Shown here piece after piece: positions 1-9,698 of a stretch of DNA of 64,000 nucleotides. Below the pieces are notes generated by a model, which saw nothing but the letters and a program-made list of their open reading frames with translations, ran no database searches and was not told the DNA's origin. The DNA is from an uncultured delta proteobacterium. Lineage in GTDB: Bacteria > Myxococcota_A > Polyangia > Palsa-1104. Numbering within the stretch: the first letter of the stretch is position 1; each line of letters opens with the position of its first letter. Where the stretch lies: NCBI GenBank assembly GCA_963785725.1, contig CAWAWS010000007.1:32001-96000 (forward strand), read 5' to 3'. The position numbers and the translations under genes are program-made.

Positions 1-1
1 G

Positions 2-340
2 GACGATTTGGGCGCGATGTCGGCCTGGTACGTCTGGTCGGCGCTCGGCCTCTACCCGCAATATCCCGGTCGCTCCGAGCTGCTCTTGTTCGCGCCGCTC
101 TTTCCCGCGGTCACGATCCATCGCGGCAACGGCGTCGTCCTCACGATCAACGCGCCGCAAGCGGCCGACGCGGTGCCGTACGTGCAGAGCCTGCAGGTCA
201 ACGGCGCGGCGACGACGAAGGCGTGGCTGCCCGAGACGTTCGTCAGCGCCGGCGGCCAGCTCGACTTCACGCTCGGCGCGCAGCCGAACACGACGTGGGG
301 CGCCGCCGTCGCCGACGCGCCGCCGTCGTTCGCGCCTTAA
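2..340 (+). CDS. GH92 family glycoside hydrolase (alpha-mannosidase-like), C-terminal part, truncated by the window start
   Basis: DDLGAMSAWYVWSALGLYP motif and the YVQSLQVNG...GGQLDFTLG tail typical of GH92. Confidence 0.85.
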   Translation, partial: DDLGAMSAWYVWSALGLYPQYPGRSELLLFAPLFPAVTIHRGNGVVLTINAPQAADAVPYVQSLQVNGAATTKAWLPETFVSAGGQLDFTLGAQPNTTWGAAVADAPPSFAP

Positions 341-491
341 CCTCAATAAGTCACGTAGAAACCGAGGTCGGTCATGCGCTGCGGCGCGCCGAAGCCCCGC
401 GCCAACACGTCGTCCGGCACGTCTTGGGTCACGGTCAGACGAAACGTGTAAGACGTCGCGTGCGGCGGATAGGCGTCGAGCCGCTTGGCGC

Positions 492-1365
492 TCAGCGGCC
501 GATCGCGTCGAGCGCCGCGCGGCTCTTGGGCGGCAGCACCAACGCCGCCGCCGCCACGTTCTCGCGCAAGTGCGCCACCGACGACGTGCCCGGGATCAGC
601 AGGATATTGGGCGCGCGCTGCAGCAGCCACGCGAGCGCGACCTGCAGCGGCGTCGCGCCCAGCTCCGCCGCCACCTCCGACAGCGTCGACGACTGCAGCG
701 GCGTAAATCCGCCCAGCGGAAAGAACGGCACGTACGCGATGCCCTGTTTCGCCAGCGTGTCGACGAGCGCGTCGTCGCCGCGATGCGCGAGGTTGTAGTG
801 GTTCTGCACGCACACGATCTCGGTCAGCTTTTGGGCCTGCTCGACCTGCCGCGCCGTCACGTTGCTGAGCCCGATGTGGCGAATGAGCCCCTCCCGCTTG
901 AGCTCGATGAGCACCGCCAGCTCCGCCGCGAGCGGACCTTCGGCGGGCGCCATGCTCCGCATGCTGCGCAGGTTCACGATGTCGATCGCCTCGAGCCCGA
1001 GGTGGCGCCGGTTGTCCTCGATCGCCGACCGCAGCTCGGCCGGCGACAGCGCCGGCAGCCACGACGCGTCCGCGCCGCGTCGCGCGCCAACCTTCGTCAC
1101 GATGACGACGCCCTTCGGATACGGATGCAGCGTGGCGCGAATGAGCTGATTCGTCACGTGCGGGCCATAAAAGTCGCTGGTGTCGAAGTGGTCGATGCCG
1201 GTGGCGACGGCCTCGCGCAGCACGGCCGCGGCCGCAGCCGGGATCGCGCGGCGGCCCGAAGACGTGCGGGCCGGCCAGCTGCATCGCGCCGTAGCCCATC
1301 CGGTTCACGGTCAGCGACGTGCCGGGAAACGTGAACCGGCCGCCGAGCTTCTGTGGATTCGTCAT
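492..1365 (-). CDS. Aldo/keto reductase, frameshifted near 1235
   Basis: N-terminus NRMGYGAMQLAG in one frame; DTSDFYG, IVTKVG and LIPGTSSVAHLREN in another. Confidence 0.85.
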
Positions 1366-1422
1366 GGCCTCGAATCTACCGCTGGCGACCATTCACACCA
1401 GCAAATAGCATGCATGGCAATC

Positions 1423-2343
1423 ATGAGCGCTGTTCATGCCAGAGATCTCGACCTCAACCTCTTGCGCGTGCTCGTCGCCGTCGCCGACACCGGCTCGGTG
1501 ACGAAGGCGGCGGCGCGGCTCTACCTCACGCAGTCGGCGGTGAGCGCGGCGCTGACGCGGCTCGGCTCGGCGCTGGACACGCCGATGCTCGTGCGCCACG
1601 GCCGCGGCGTCATCCTGACGAGCCGCGCCGCCCGCCTCGTGACCGAGGTGCGCCCGCTCTTGGACGCGATGCTGCAGGCCGCGCTGGCGCCGTCGCGCTT
1701 CGACGCCCGCACCAGCGAGCGCACGATTCGCCTCGGCCTCTCCGACTTTTCGGACGAGTGGCTGTTGCCGCCGCTCTTGCGTCGGCTCGCCCGCGACGCG
1801 CCGAAGATGCGGCTCGTCTGCACGCCGGTCCAGTTCCGCACGGTCGGCGAGGCGCTGGCGACCCGGCGCGTCGATCTCGCGGCCACCGTCGCCGACGAGC
1901 TGTCGCGCGCCATCTTGCGCGCGCCGCTCATTCGCGGCCACTTCGTCTGCGTGTTCGACCCGCGCCACGTGCGCCTCGGCGCGCGCCCGAGCAAACGCGC
2001 CTACCTCGCGCAGGAGCACGTCATCGTCTCCTACAACGGCGATCTGCGCGGCATGGTCGAGGACGCGTTCGGCGTCGAGCGTCGCGTGCGCTGCTCGGTC
2101 GCGAGCTTCAGCGCCATCGGCGCCATCGTCGACGACAGCCCGCTCGTCGCCACCTTGCTCGACGTCTTCGCCGCCCAGCTGCTGCGGCAGCGACCGCACC
2201 TGCGCCGCGCGCCATTTCCGTTCGCGCACCCTGCCGGCGGCATGGATCTGCTCTGGCCCGCCGCGCTGAACGAGGACGACGCCTGCGCCTTCGTGCGCGC
2301 CGCGATCATCGACATCGCGATGCAGGTGCGCGCCAACGCTTGA
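1423..2343 (+). CDS. LysR family transcriptional regulator, divergent from the aldo/keto reductase
   Basis: DLDLNLLRVL...SVTKAAARLYLTQSAVS HTH followed by a substrate-binding domain. Confidence 0.9.
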   Translation: MSAVHARDLDLNLLRVLVAVADTGSVTKAAARLYLTQSAVSAALTRLGSALDTPMLVRHGRGVILTSRAARLVTEVRPLLDAMLQAALAPSRFDARTSERTIRLGLSDFSDEWLLPPLLRRLARDAPKMRLVCTPVQFRTVGEALATRRVDLAATVADELSRAILRAPLIRGHFVCVFDPRHVRLGARPSKRAYLAQEHVIVSYNGDLRGMVEDAFGVERRVRCSVASFSAIGAIVDDSPLVATLLDVFAAQLLRQRPHLRRAPFPFAHPAGGMDLLWPAALNEDDACAFVRAAIIDIAMQVRANA

Positions 2344-2355
2344 CCGTTGTCCGAA

Positions 2356-3282
2356 TCAGCTTCCTTGCGGAATGAAGCCGGGCAGACCGGTGTCGACCAC
2401 GAGGTTGAAGCGACGGCGGGTATCGATGGCATTGAGCTGCGCCATCGCGTCATCGGGAATCTGCGACACGTCGAAGTTCTCGCGAATGCGGCTGGGCGTC
2501 TTGGCCGTGGTCAACAACGCCGTTCCACGCTGCACCGCCCACGCCAGCAGCACCTCGGCCGGCGTCTTTCCGGTGCGCCGCGCGATGTCGGCGACGATGG
2601 GATCGTCGAGAAGCCGCGGCTTCATGCCGTGGCCGAGCGACGCGAACGCGAGCAAGACGACACCCTCTCGCCGGCAATACTCGAGCAGCTCCCATTGCGG
2701 TAGATAAGGATGGGCTTCGACCTGAATCACCGCCGGCCGGATTCGCGCGGCAGCCAACACGTCGGACAGGTTGGCCAGCGAAGCATCCGACAGCCCGATG
2801 GCGCGGCAGGCACCCGCGTCGACCTGCGCCTCGAGCGCATGCCAGGTGTCGACGAGCGTCACGCCGTCGTCATAGAGCAGCTTACCGTCGGCGCCACGGG
2901 GCTCTTGGTCATCGCCGGGCTTGAAGGCAAACGGCGTATGAATGAGATAGAGATCTACATAATCGAGCCCGAGCCGCTCCAGGCTCGCGCGCAGCGCCGG
3001 CGCGACGCGCTCGGGTCGATGATTGTTGTTCCACAGCTTCGTGGTGACGAAGAGATCCTGTCGCCGAAGCGCGCCCGAGCTCAGCGCATCGCGGATGGCC
3101 TCGCCGATCTCGCGCTCGTTCCGATAGCGCTCGGCGCAATCGAGGTGGCGAAAGCCGACTTGCAGCGCGGTCGTCACCGCCGTCTTCGTGACCGCCGGAT
3201 CGGGAATGAGCGTCCCGAACCCCAACGCTGGGATCGCGGCGCCGTTGGGCAAGGAAAGCTTGGCATGCGCAAGGTCGCTCAC
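2356..3282 (-). CDS. Aldo/keto reductase
   Basis: IPALGFGT, LDCAERYRNE, FVTTKLWN and DLYLIHTP motifs; GGAGGAG Shine-Dalgarno before the GTG at 3282. Confidence 0.9.
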   Translation of the reverse strand: MSDLAHAKLSLPNGAAIPALGFGTLIPDPAVTKTAVTTALQVGFRHLDCAERYRNEREIGEAIRDALSSGALRRQDLFVTTKLWNNNHRPERVAPALRASLERLGLDYVDLYLIHTPFAFKPGDDQEPRGADGKLLYDDGVTLVDTWHALEAQVDAGACRAIGLSDASLANLSDVLAAARIRPAVIQVEAHPYLPQWELLEYCRREGVVLLAFASLGHGMKPRLLDDPIVADIARRTGKTPAEVLLAWAVQRGTALLTTAKTPSRIRENFDVSQIPDDAMAQLNAIDTRRRFNLVVDTGLPGFIPQGS

Positions 3283-3590
3283 CTGACTCCTCCTTCGAGT
3301 GGTCTTCGTTCGCAAGATAGTAGAGCGCGGCCAACCGAACGCCAACGCCGCGCCTGCCTGACGGGCCGCCGGCCGAGGCGTTCACCGAGCGGCGGCGCCC
3401 TTGCGGCGCCGAGAATGGGTCGGCTAAATACGGCGTTTCGTGTACGCCGCGACGAGCTGGCGCGGCCTCGCCAGCTGCCAAAAACGCAGACGCGGGAGAG
3501 TGGAGTGGTGCGGCAAATTGTCGCCCCGACCGCGCGCGACGCATTGCACGCTTAACCGCGTTCAGCGTGTCGCGATTGGATCAGCGGCGA

Positions 3591-5645
3591 TTAGTCTGCG
3601 AAATCGAAGCGCTTACGAACCGTGGCGCCGGCCTTGATGTCGACCGCCATCTCGCGCTTGATGTGGAACTCGGGATTGCTCAGCAGCACCGAATGCTGGC
3701 CGGCCGGCAGCTTGATCTCGAGCGGCGTCGCGCCGCGGTCGGTGCCGTCGACGATGACGCGGCACCACGGGCTCGTCGCCACGACCAGCATGCCCGGCCC
3801 GGTCGCATGCGCGCCCGCGTCCGCCGGCGCCGACGTCGCGCCGCTGGCCGGCGCCACCGCTGCCGGTCGCGGCGCCGCCACCGGCGCCGACGCGACGCCG
3901 CTCGCCGGCGCCGACGACACACCGCTCGTCGCCACCGTCGTCGTCGTCGCCGGCCGCTTGCCCACCCTTTGCGGCGGCAGCGTCGGCAGCTGCACCAAGG
4001 TCGGCAGCGGACGATGACCCGGCTGATGATGCGCCGCCGCCGCGTTCTTGCTCGCCAGCGTCGCCTTCGCCTCGTTCGCGCTCTTGGCCGCCGCTTCGTT
4101 CGGCCCTGCGACCGTCGACGGCGCCGCAGCCGGCGTCGCCGTCGGCTCGACCGCGGCCGGCGCCGTCGATTTCGCCGTTTGCACCTGCGCGACGCCGGTT
4201 TGCGGCGGCTCGTCGAGCTCGAGCGGCGCCTTCGCCGTGCCGCCGACGCCCGCGGACGGCTCCGTCGCCGCCTTGGCTTTGGCCGCTTCCACCTTCAACG
4301 GGTCATCGGCCGGCGCCGGCGCTGCGATCGTCGCCGGCCCTTGCACGTGCGACAACAGCGCGTACGCGCCTGCGGCCACCGTCAGCAAGAGCGCCACCGC
4401 CGCGCCGGCCACGCGCCCGAGCTGACCCGACTTCGGAATCACCAGCTGGCTCGCGCCCGAGCGGCTGCCCGTGCCCACGATGACCGACGGCTCCGCCTGA
4501 ATCATGACGGGCTTGTTGAGCTTGGCGATGAATGCGTCGCGCTCCGCCTTGATGCGCTCGGCGTTCGGATCCGAGATCTCGATCTCTTTCGTGTCCGAAT
4601 ATTCCGGCGTCAGCGTCAGCAAATGCTCGTCGAGCGTCTGACCGGCGGCCTGCGCGTCGCGCCAGACCTCGATCTTGTCGCCGAACAGCTGATGCATGAA
4701 CTGCTGCGTCGCGATCGGCGTGGCTGCGATCTGCTCTTTGCGGACGAAGTGCTCGAGCTCCGCCTGCATCTCGCGCGCGGTATGCCAGCGATTCTCGCGA
4801 TCTTTCTCCAGCGCTTTCATGACGATCGCTTCCAGCGCCGGCGGATAGCTGGGATCGATCTCGCGCGGCGGAGTGACGCGCCCTTCGACGATCTCTTTGA
4901 GCACTTCGAAGTCGCTCGTGCCGCGATAGAGCCGCCGCGACAGCGTCAGCTCCCACATCAAAATGCCGAGACTGTAGATGTCGCTGCGCCGATCGAGCGA
5001 CTCCGAGCGGCACTGCTCGGGGCTCATGTACGGCACTTTGCCTTTGAGCGTGCCGACGCGCGTCTCGCGCAGTCGATTGGACGCCTTGGCGATGCCGAAA
5101 TCGAGCAGCTTGACGCTGCCTTCGTAGGTGACGATGAGGTTCTGTGGCGAAACGTCGCGGTGCACGATATCGAGCGGCGCGCCGTCGAAGCCCACCTTTT
5201 CGTGCGCGTAATGCAGCCCGGCCGCGGCGCTGATGACGATGTGCAGCGCCTGCTCGATCGGCGGCGCCTGCAGTCGGGTGTTGACCGCGCGCATGATCGA
5301 GCGGACGTCCTCGCCGTGCAGATACTCCATGGCGATGTAGTAGCTGTCGTCGATCATGCCGACGTCGTAGGTCTGCACGATGTGCGGATGCTCGAGCGTC
5401 GCCGCGATGCGCGCCTCGTCCAGGAACATCTCGACGAAGTCGGTGTTCTGCGCCAGCTGCGGCAAGATCCGCTTGATGACGACCATCTTCTGGAAGCCGG
5501 TCAGCTTGCGGACGCGCGCGAGAAAGATCTCGGCCATGCCGCCCACGGCCAGCCGCTTCAGGATTTCGTAATCGCCGAGTCGCTGGTTCACGCCGAGACC
5601 CTTGGCTAAGGGATCGCCAAGCTTGGGAAGTCGAGACTCGGCCAC
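3591..5645 (-). CDS. Hanks-type Ser/Thr protein kinase with TM segment, Ala/Pro linker and C-terminal PEGA-like domain
   Basis: LAVGGMAEIF, VVIKRI, HRDVSPQN, LLDFGIAK and YMSPEQ motifs; C-terminal VIVDGTDRGATPL. Confidence 0.92.
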   Translation of the reverse strand: MAESRLPKLGDPLAKGLGVNQRLGDYEILKRLAVGGMAEIFLARVRKLTGFQKMVVIKRILPQLAQNTDFVEMFLDEARIAATLEHPHIVQTYDVGMIDDSYYIAMEYLHGEDVRSIMRAVNTRLQAPPIEQALHIVISAAAGLHYAHEKVGFDGAPLDIVHRDVSPQNLIVTYEGSVKLLDFGIAKASNRLRETRVGTLKGKVPYMSPEQCRSESLDRRSDIYSLGILMWELTLSRRLYRGTSDFEVLKEIVEGRVTPPREIDPSYPPALEAIVMKALEKDRENRWHTAREMQAELEHFVRKEQIAATPIATQQFMHQLFGDKIEVWRDAQAAGQTLDEHLLTLTPEYSDTKEIEISDPNAERIKAERDAFIAKLNKPVMIQAEPSVIVGTGSRSGASQLVIPKSGQLGRVAGAAVALLLTVAAGAYALLSHVQGPATIAAPAPADDPLKVEAAKAKAATEPSAGVGGTAKAPLELDEPPQTGVAQVQTAKSTAPAAVEPTATPAAAPSTVAGPNEAAAKSANEAKATLASKNAAAAHHQPGHRPLPTLVQLPTLPPQRVGKRPATTTTVATSGVSSAPASGVASAPVAAPRPAAVAPASGATSAPADAGAHATGPGMLVVATSPWCRVIVDGTDRGATPLEIKLPAGQHSVLLSNPEFHIKREMAVDIKAGATVRKRFDFAD

Positions 5646-5768
5646 GGTTTCAATCTATCGATCAGCGAGTGGGCAGTCAACGCACGGTACCGTACCGTCG
5701 CGTCATATTTTGTTGATCAGAGTTGACGCAAAGCGAAACGTATTGAGGCTCGCATTTCGCGCGGACAA

Positions 5769-7112
5769 TTAGTTCCAGGTCAATCCCGTATTGCCGAAGG
5801 CGATGTAGCAGGTGTTGGTGGTCGACTTGTTGACCACGCCGATTCCCGTCGTCCAGGCGCCGGTGCCCGCGTACGTCCAGCAGATGCAGATCGTGTCGGC
5901 GGGGTCACTGATGCACTTGGACTGCACCGAGTTGGCGGAGTTGCTGCTGTCCGTAATGTCTTCTTCGAGCGGCGAGCCCGACGGGTTGAATGCCAGCGCC
6001 GCTTCCGTGGCTTGCGTCGCATTGTACGTGTCCGGAAGGACGCAGTCGTAAAAGCTCTGACCGACGCCATCGGAGTGCATTTTCTGAGGCAGCGTGCCGC
6101 AGCAGCCGGGCGAATGCGCTTCGCAGCCGTCGTCGGGATCGGGCGCTTTGGGCTGGTTGCAGTTGGACCAGCCCGGCTCGCACACGGACGTACATACGCC
6201 CAGGCTGCAGGTGGGCGTCATGACGTCGTCGGCGCCGCTGACGCAGGCGCGACCGCAGGCGCCGCAATTATTGACGTCGCTGGCGGTGTTCGACTCGCAG
6301 CCGTCGGACGCGAGGCCGTTGCAGTCGGTGAAGCCGCTGGCGCACGTGATCGCGCACGTCGACGGATCGCAGTTGCCGCCGATCGCATTGCAGCAGGTGT
6401 TGTTGCAGACGGTGGCCGTCGGCTTCAGGCCGTACGAGCAGGTGCCGCCGGCGGCGGGGCACGTGCCGGCGTAGCAGGCGACCGGGCTGGGCTCGTCGGT
6501 GCAATCGGCGTCGGTGCAGCAGGTGTCGGCGGCGATACAGGCGCCGTTGCACACTTTTTGTCCGGTCGACGCGAGCGTCGTTTCGCAGCCGTCGCTGAGC
6601 TCGCCGTTGCAGTCGCCGAAGCCGTCGGCGCACGTGAGGACGCAGCTGGCGCTGCACGTGCCGTTGTTGTCGGTGCAGCAGAGATCGCCGCAATGCACCG
6701 ACGATGACGCGCAATAGGCCGTGACCTTCAAGTTGAAGCAGGCTTTGCCGCCCGGCGATAATTTCTGCACGCTACAGGCGCTGCCAGTCGGCATCTTGGC
6801 GTTGGCGTCGGCGAACGTCGTCAGCACGAGCACGTGATTGCCCGGCGGAACGTCGAGATTGATCGCCTGCTTCGCCGTGAACGTGCGCGTCTCTTGCGGC
6901 TGCATGGCGACGGCCACGGAGTTGCCGTTGCACTTGGCCGTCGAGCCGTAGATGTCGAGCTTGTACATCTCCGCGCTGGTGACGAGGCTGCCGATGACCT
7001 GCGTGACGCACGAGTGCTGAGTGGTGTCATCGGCGCAACCCGCCAATCCACTGCTCGCGAACCCAACTAGGCCAATAAGAGTGACGAACCCGCTAAAGCG
7101 GAGCTTTCTCAT
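5769..7112 (-). CDS. Cys-rich secreted lipoprotein
   Basis: Lipobox LAGC; repeated C-x-x-G-F/W-x-D/N-C-N...DGCE modules and an NNCGACG motif common in myxobacterial Cys-rich proteins. Confidence 0.75.
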   Translation of the reverse strand: MRKLRFSGFVTLIGLVGFASSGLAGCADDTTQHSCVTQVIGSLVTSAEMYKLDIYGSTAKCNGNSVAVAMQPQETRTFTAKQAINLDVPPGNHVLVLTTFADANAKMPTGSACSVQKLSPGGKACFNLKVTAYCASSSVHCGDLCCTDNNGTCSASCVLTCADGFGDCNGELSDGCETTLASTGQKVCNGACIAADTCCTDADCTDEPSPVACYAGTCPAAGGTCSYGLKPTATVCNNTCCNAIGGNCDPSTCAITCASGFTDCNGLASDGCESNTASDVNNCGACGRACVSGADDVMTPTCSLGVCTSVCEPGWSNCNQPKAPDPDDGCEAHSPGCCGTLPQKMHSDGVGQSFYDCVLPDTYNATQATEAALAFNPSGSPLEEDITDSSNSANSVQSKCISDPADTICICWTYAGTGAWTTGIGVVNKSTTNTCYIAFGNTGLTWN

Positions 7113-7136
7113 GTTTTCCATCCGCGAGCGGAACGT

Positions 7137-7148
7137 TAACATATGTTA
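7137..7148. promoter_or_regulatory. AT-rich palindrome between divergent genes
   Basis: TAACATATGTTA is a perfect 12-bp palindrome in the ~50-bp divergent spacer. Confidence 0.4.
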
Positions 7149-7162
7149 TCGTCCGCCGCGGA

Positions 7163-7999
7163 ATGCTTACGCGTAAGCTTACCTCGATAGCGTTGTTATG
7201 CTTGTTGTGTTGCGCGACCCGGGCGCGCGCCGACGTCGAGAGCCCCGAAGTGTTGGCCGGCGTGGCGGCCTACAACGGGCTCGAATACGAGAAGGCGATC
7301 ACCGTCCTGCGCCAAGCGTTGAACTCGACGCTGACGCGCGAGGAGAAGATGGTCGCCTACAAGACACTGGCGTTCAGCTATTTCGCGACGGGAAACCGCG
7401 CGCAGGCGATCGTCTACTTCGTCAACGTCTTGCGCATCGACGAGAACTTCGAGCTCGATCGCTCGAGCCCGCCGGCCGAGCGCGCGGCGTTCGAAGAGGC
7501 CAAAGCCGAGGTCGCCACCGGCGCCGGCGGAACGGCGGGCAGCCATCACGCGCTGTCGGCGCTCAACCCGAAGATCACGCCGCCGAGGCCCATCCAAGGC
7601 CAGACGGTGCGCATGCAAGTCGACTATCCGGGCGGTCTCGCCGAGCGCATGAGCCTCTTTTATCGTCCGCGCGGCGTCGGCCTCTATCAGCGCAGCATCG
7701 TCGGCGGTGACGTCGGCGGTCGCTTCGACTTGACCATCCCCGGCACGCGCGTCGTCTACCCGGGCATGGAGTATTACATCGTCGCGCTCGACGAGGGCGG
7801 CGCCTCGGTCGCGCGCGCCGGCTCGCTGTCGTTCCCGCTCGCGTTCGACGTCCGCGACAGCAAGAAGCCCGTCTATAAGAAGGGTTGGTTCTGGGGAATG
7901 ATGACGGGAATCGTCGTCGCCGGCGCCGGTGTCGCGACGGCGCTCGTCCTCGTCCACAACTCGACGCTACCGACTTCAGTCACAGTCTCTCCCTATTAA
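7163..7999 (+). CDS. Secreted TPR-containing protein with C-terminal membrane anchor
   Basis: Signal peptide, TPR-like helices and KKPVYKKGWFW followed by a hydrophobic segment. Confidence 0.7.
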   Translation: MLTRKLTSIALLCLLCCATRARADVESPEVLAGVAAYNGLEYEKAITVLRQALNSTLTREEKMVAYKTLAFSYFATGNRAQAIVYFVNVLRIDENFELDRSSPPAERAAFEEAKAEVATGAGGTAGSHHALSALNPKITPPRPIQGQTVRMQVDYPGGLAERMSLFYRPRGVGLYQRSIVGGDVGGRFDLTIPGTRVVYPGMEYYIVALDEGGASVARAGSLSFPLAFDVRDSKKPVYKKGWFWGMMTGIVVAGAGVATALVLVHNSTLPTSVTVSPY

Positions 8000-8017
8000 T
8001 CCTCGAAGGTGGTGATC

Positions 8018-9532
8018 ATGAAGCGCTTAGGCCTACTGTCACTAGCAGTTGCGTTCTCGGCTTGTTCGGGCTCGTCGCACGTCGGCGGCGGCGGCGGCGA
8101 CATGAGCGCCAACGTCGGCGACATGAACGCCAGCGTCGGCGATCTGGCGACGTCCAGCGACGGCGGCGGCAACGAAGACGGCGGCGCGCCCGATCTCGCG
8201 CCCCTCCCGCCCGACATGACGCTGCCGAACTTCGGCTGTGCCAGCGTCAACGATCCGAACGCCGTGCCGGTCCCGGTGCCGCAGTCGATCACCTCGAGCC
8301 GCGAGCTCTCCTGCACGTCGCTGTGGGAGATCTCGGGGACCACCGTCGTCGACAACAATGCGACGCTGACGATCGACAAAGGCGCGACGATTCTCATGAA
8401 CTCGTATGCGTCGCTGATCATCAATCAGGGCAGCAAGCTCGTCGCGGTCGGCACGGCGGTGCAGCCGATCGTGTTCACCAGCGTCAACTTGCCGTCGGCG
8501 CGTTTGCCCGGCCAGTGGGGATCGGTCGTCCTTTTCGGCAAGGCGCCGGGAAACTGGGGCACGCAGACGTCGGACATGGGCACGCAGGTGTCCATCGGGC
8601 AGAGCGCGCCCGACGGCAACAACTGGCCCGTGACGTTGACGGCGGCGGACGGCGTCACCCCCATCGTGGGCGGCGGCACCATCGACAACGACTCGAGCGG
8701 CACGCTGGCCTACGTGCGCCTCGAATACGGTGGTCTGCCCGTCAATAGCGGCGCGCAGTTCGAGATGCTCGGCCTCTACGGCGTCGGCTCGGGCACGAGC
8801 CTCAGCCACATCGACATGCGCCAGGCCAACTTCGGCTGCTTGTTCGCGGAGGGCGGCTCTTTCACCGCCGACCACCTCATCTGCCAGTGGAGCGGCAACG
8901 GCGGCTTCGACTTCACGCGCGGCAACCACTCGAAGGTGCAGTTCCTCGTCGACCAAGAGGTCCCGACCTCGTCGGCCGAAGGTCTCGGCATCAAGCAGCA
9001 CAATCCGCCGAACCAGCTGGCGCCGCTCACGAACCCGACGATCTACAACGTCACCGTCACGTCGACCGCCGCGCCGAACAACGTGACGCTCAAGGATCCG
9101 TACTGCTTCTTCATGAACCGAGCGCCCTCCGGCAATGTGTACAACTTCATCGGCACCGGCTTCAGCGCCGGGTTGTTGATGGCCAACGGCGTCGGGACGC
9201 TGGCCAAGACGACGCTCCAGAACAGCATCCTTTACGGCAACGTCGATCCGAACAATCCCAACACCAACATCTCCGAGGCGACGGGCAACGACGAGGACAT
9301 GACCGCCTGGTTCAACACCGCCGGCTGGAACAACTCGCAGACCAACCCGATGTTGCAGGATCCGACGAACGTCTCGTTCTTGCGCATGGGACCGGCGACG
9401 ACGCTGACGACGAACGCGGCGACGCCGCCCAACGACGGCTTCTTCGACACGACGGCCGCGTACATCGGCGCCTTCAAAGATCGGAACGACACCTGGGCGA
9501 CCGGCAACTGGGTCGTCTGGGCGCCCAAGTAG
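8018..9532 (+). CDS. Lipoprotein with probable parallel beta-helix domain
   Basis: Lipobox FSAC; GSKLVAVGT..PIVFTS, GQWGSVVLFG and DSSGTLAYVRLEYGG resemble a widespread beta-helix lipoprotein family. Confidence 0.7.
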   Translation: MKRLGLLSLAVAFSACSGSSHVGGGGGDMSANVGDMNASVGDLATSSDGGGNEDGGAPDLAPLPPDMTLPNFGCASVNDPNAVPVPVPQSITSSRELSCTSLWEISGTTVVDNNATLTIDKGATILMNSYASLIINQGSKLVAVGTAVQPIVFTSVNLPSARLPGQWGSVVLFGKAPGNWGTQTSDMGTQVSIGQSAPDGNNWPVTLTAADGVTPIVGGGTIDNDSSGTLAYVRLEYGGLPVNSGAQFEMLGLYGVGSGTSLSHIDMRQANFGCLFAEGGSFTADHLICQWSGNGGFDFTRGNHSKVQFLVDQEVPTSSAEGLGIKQHNPPNQLAPLTNPTIYNVTVTSTAAPNNVTLKDPYCFFMNRAPSGNVYNFIGTGFSAGLLMANGVGTLAKTTLQNSILYGNVDPNNPNTNISEATGNDEDMTAWFNTAGWNNSQTNPMLQDPTNVSFLRMGPATTLTTNAATPPNDGFFDTTAAYIGAFKDRNDTWATGNWVVWAPK

Positions 9533-9550
9533 CCCAGCGCACTCCGCTTT

Positions 9551-9587
9551 CGGCGGCGCGCGATCCATTTGCATTCGCGCGCCGCCG
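9551..9587 (+). terminator. GC-rich hairpin after the lipoprotein gene
   Basis: 13-bp perfect stem CGGCGGCGCGCGA / TCGCGCGCCGCCG; no U-tract. Confidence 0.45.
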
Positions 9588-9698
9588 CTCGTAAACTCCC
9601 TCGATCTGCAACGGAAATAAGCGCAAAGGGTCGGGAATTCGCGGCTTGACCGCTTCGCCGTTCTTCGCGTTTTCGACATCGGACGACAAGGCGGAAGC

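Noticed and set aside
343..380. TDLGFYVTY loosely resembles the PqqA core (DLRxGFEVTxY)
   Set aside because: It lacks the essential Glu and the E-x-x-x-Y spacing, and lies 15 kb from the pqq operon.
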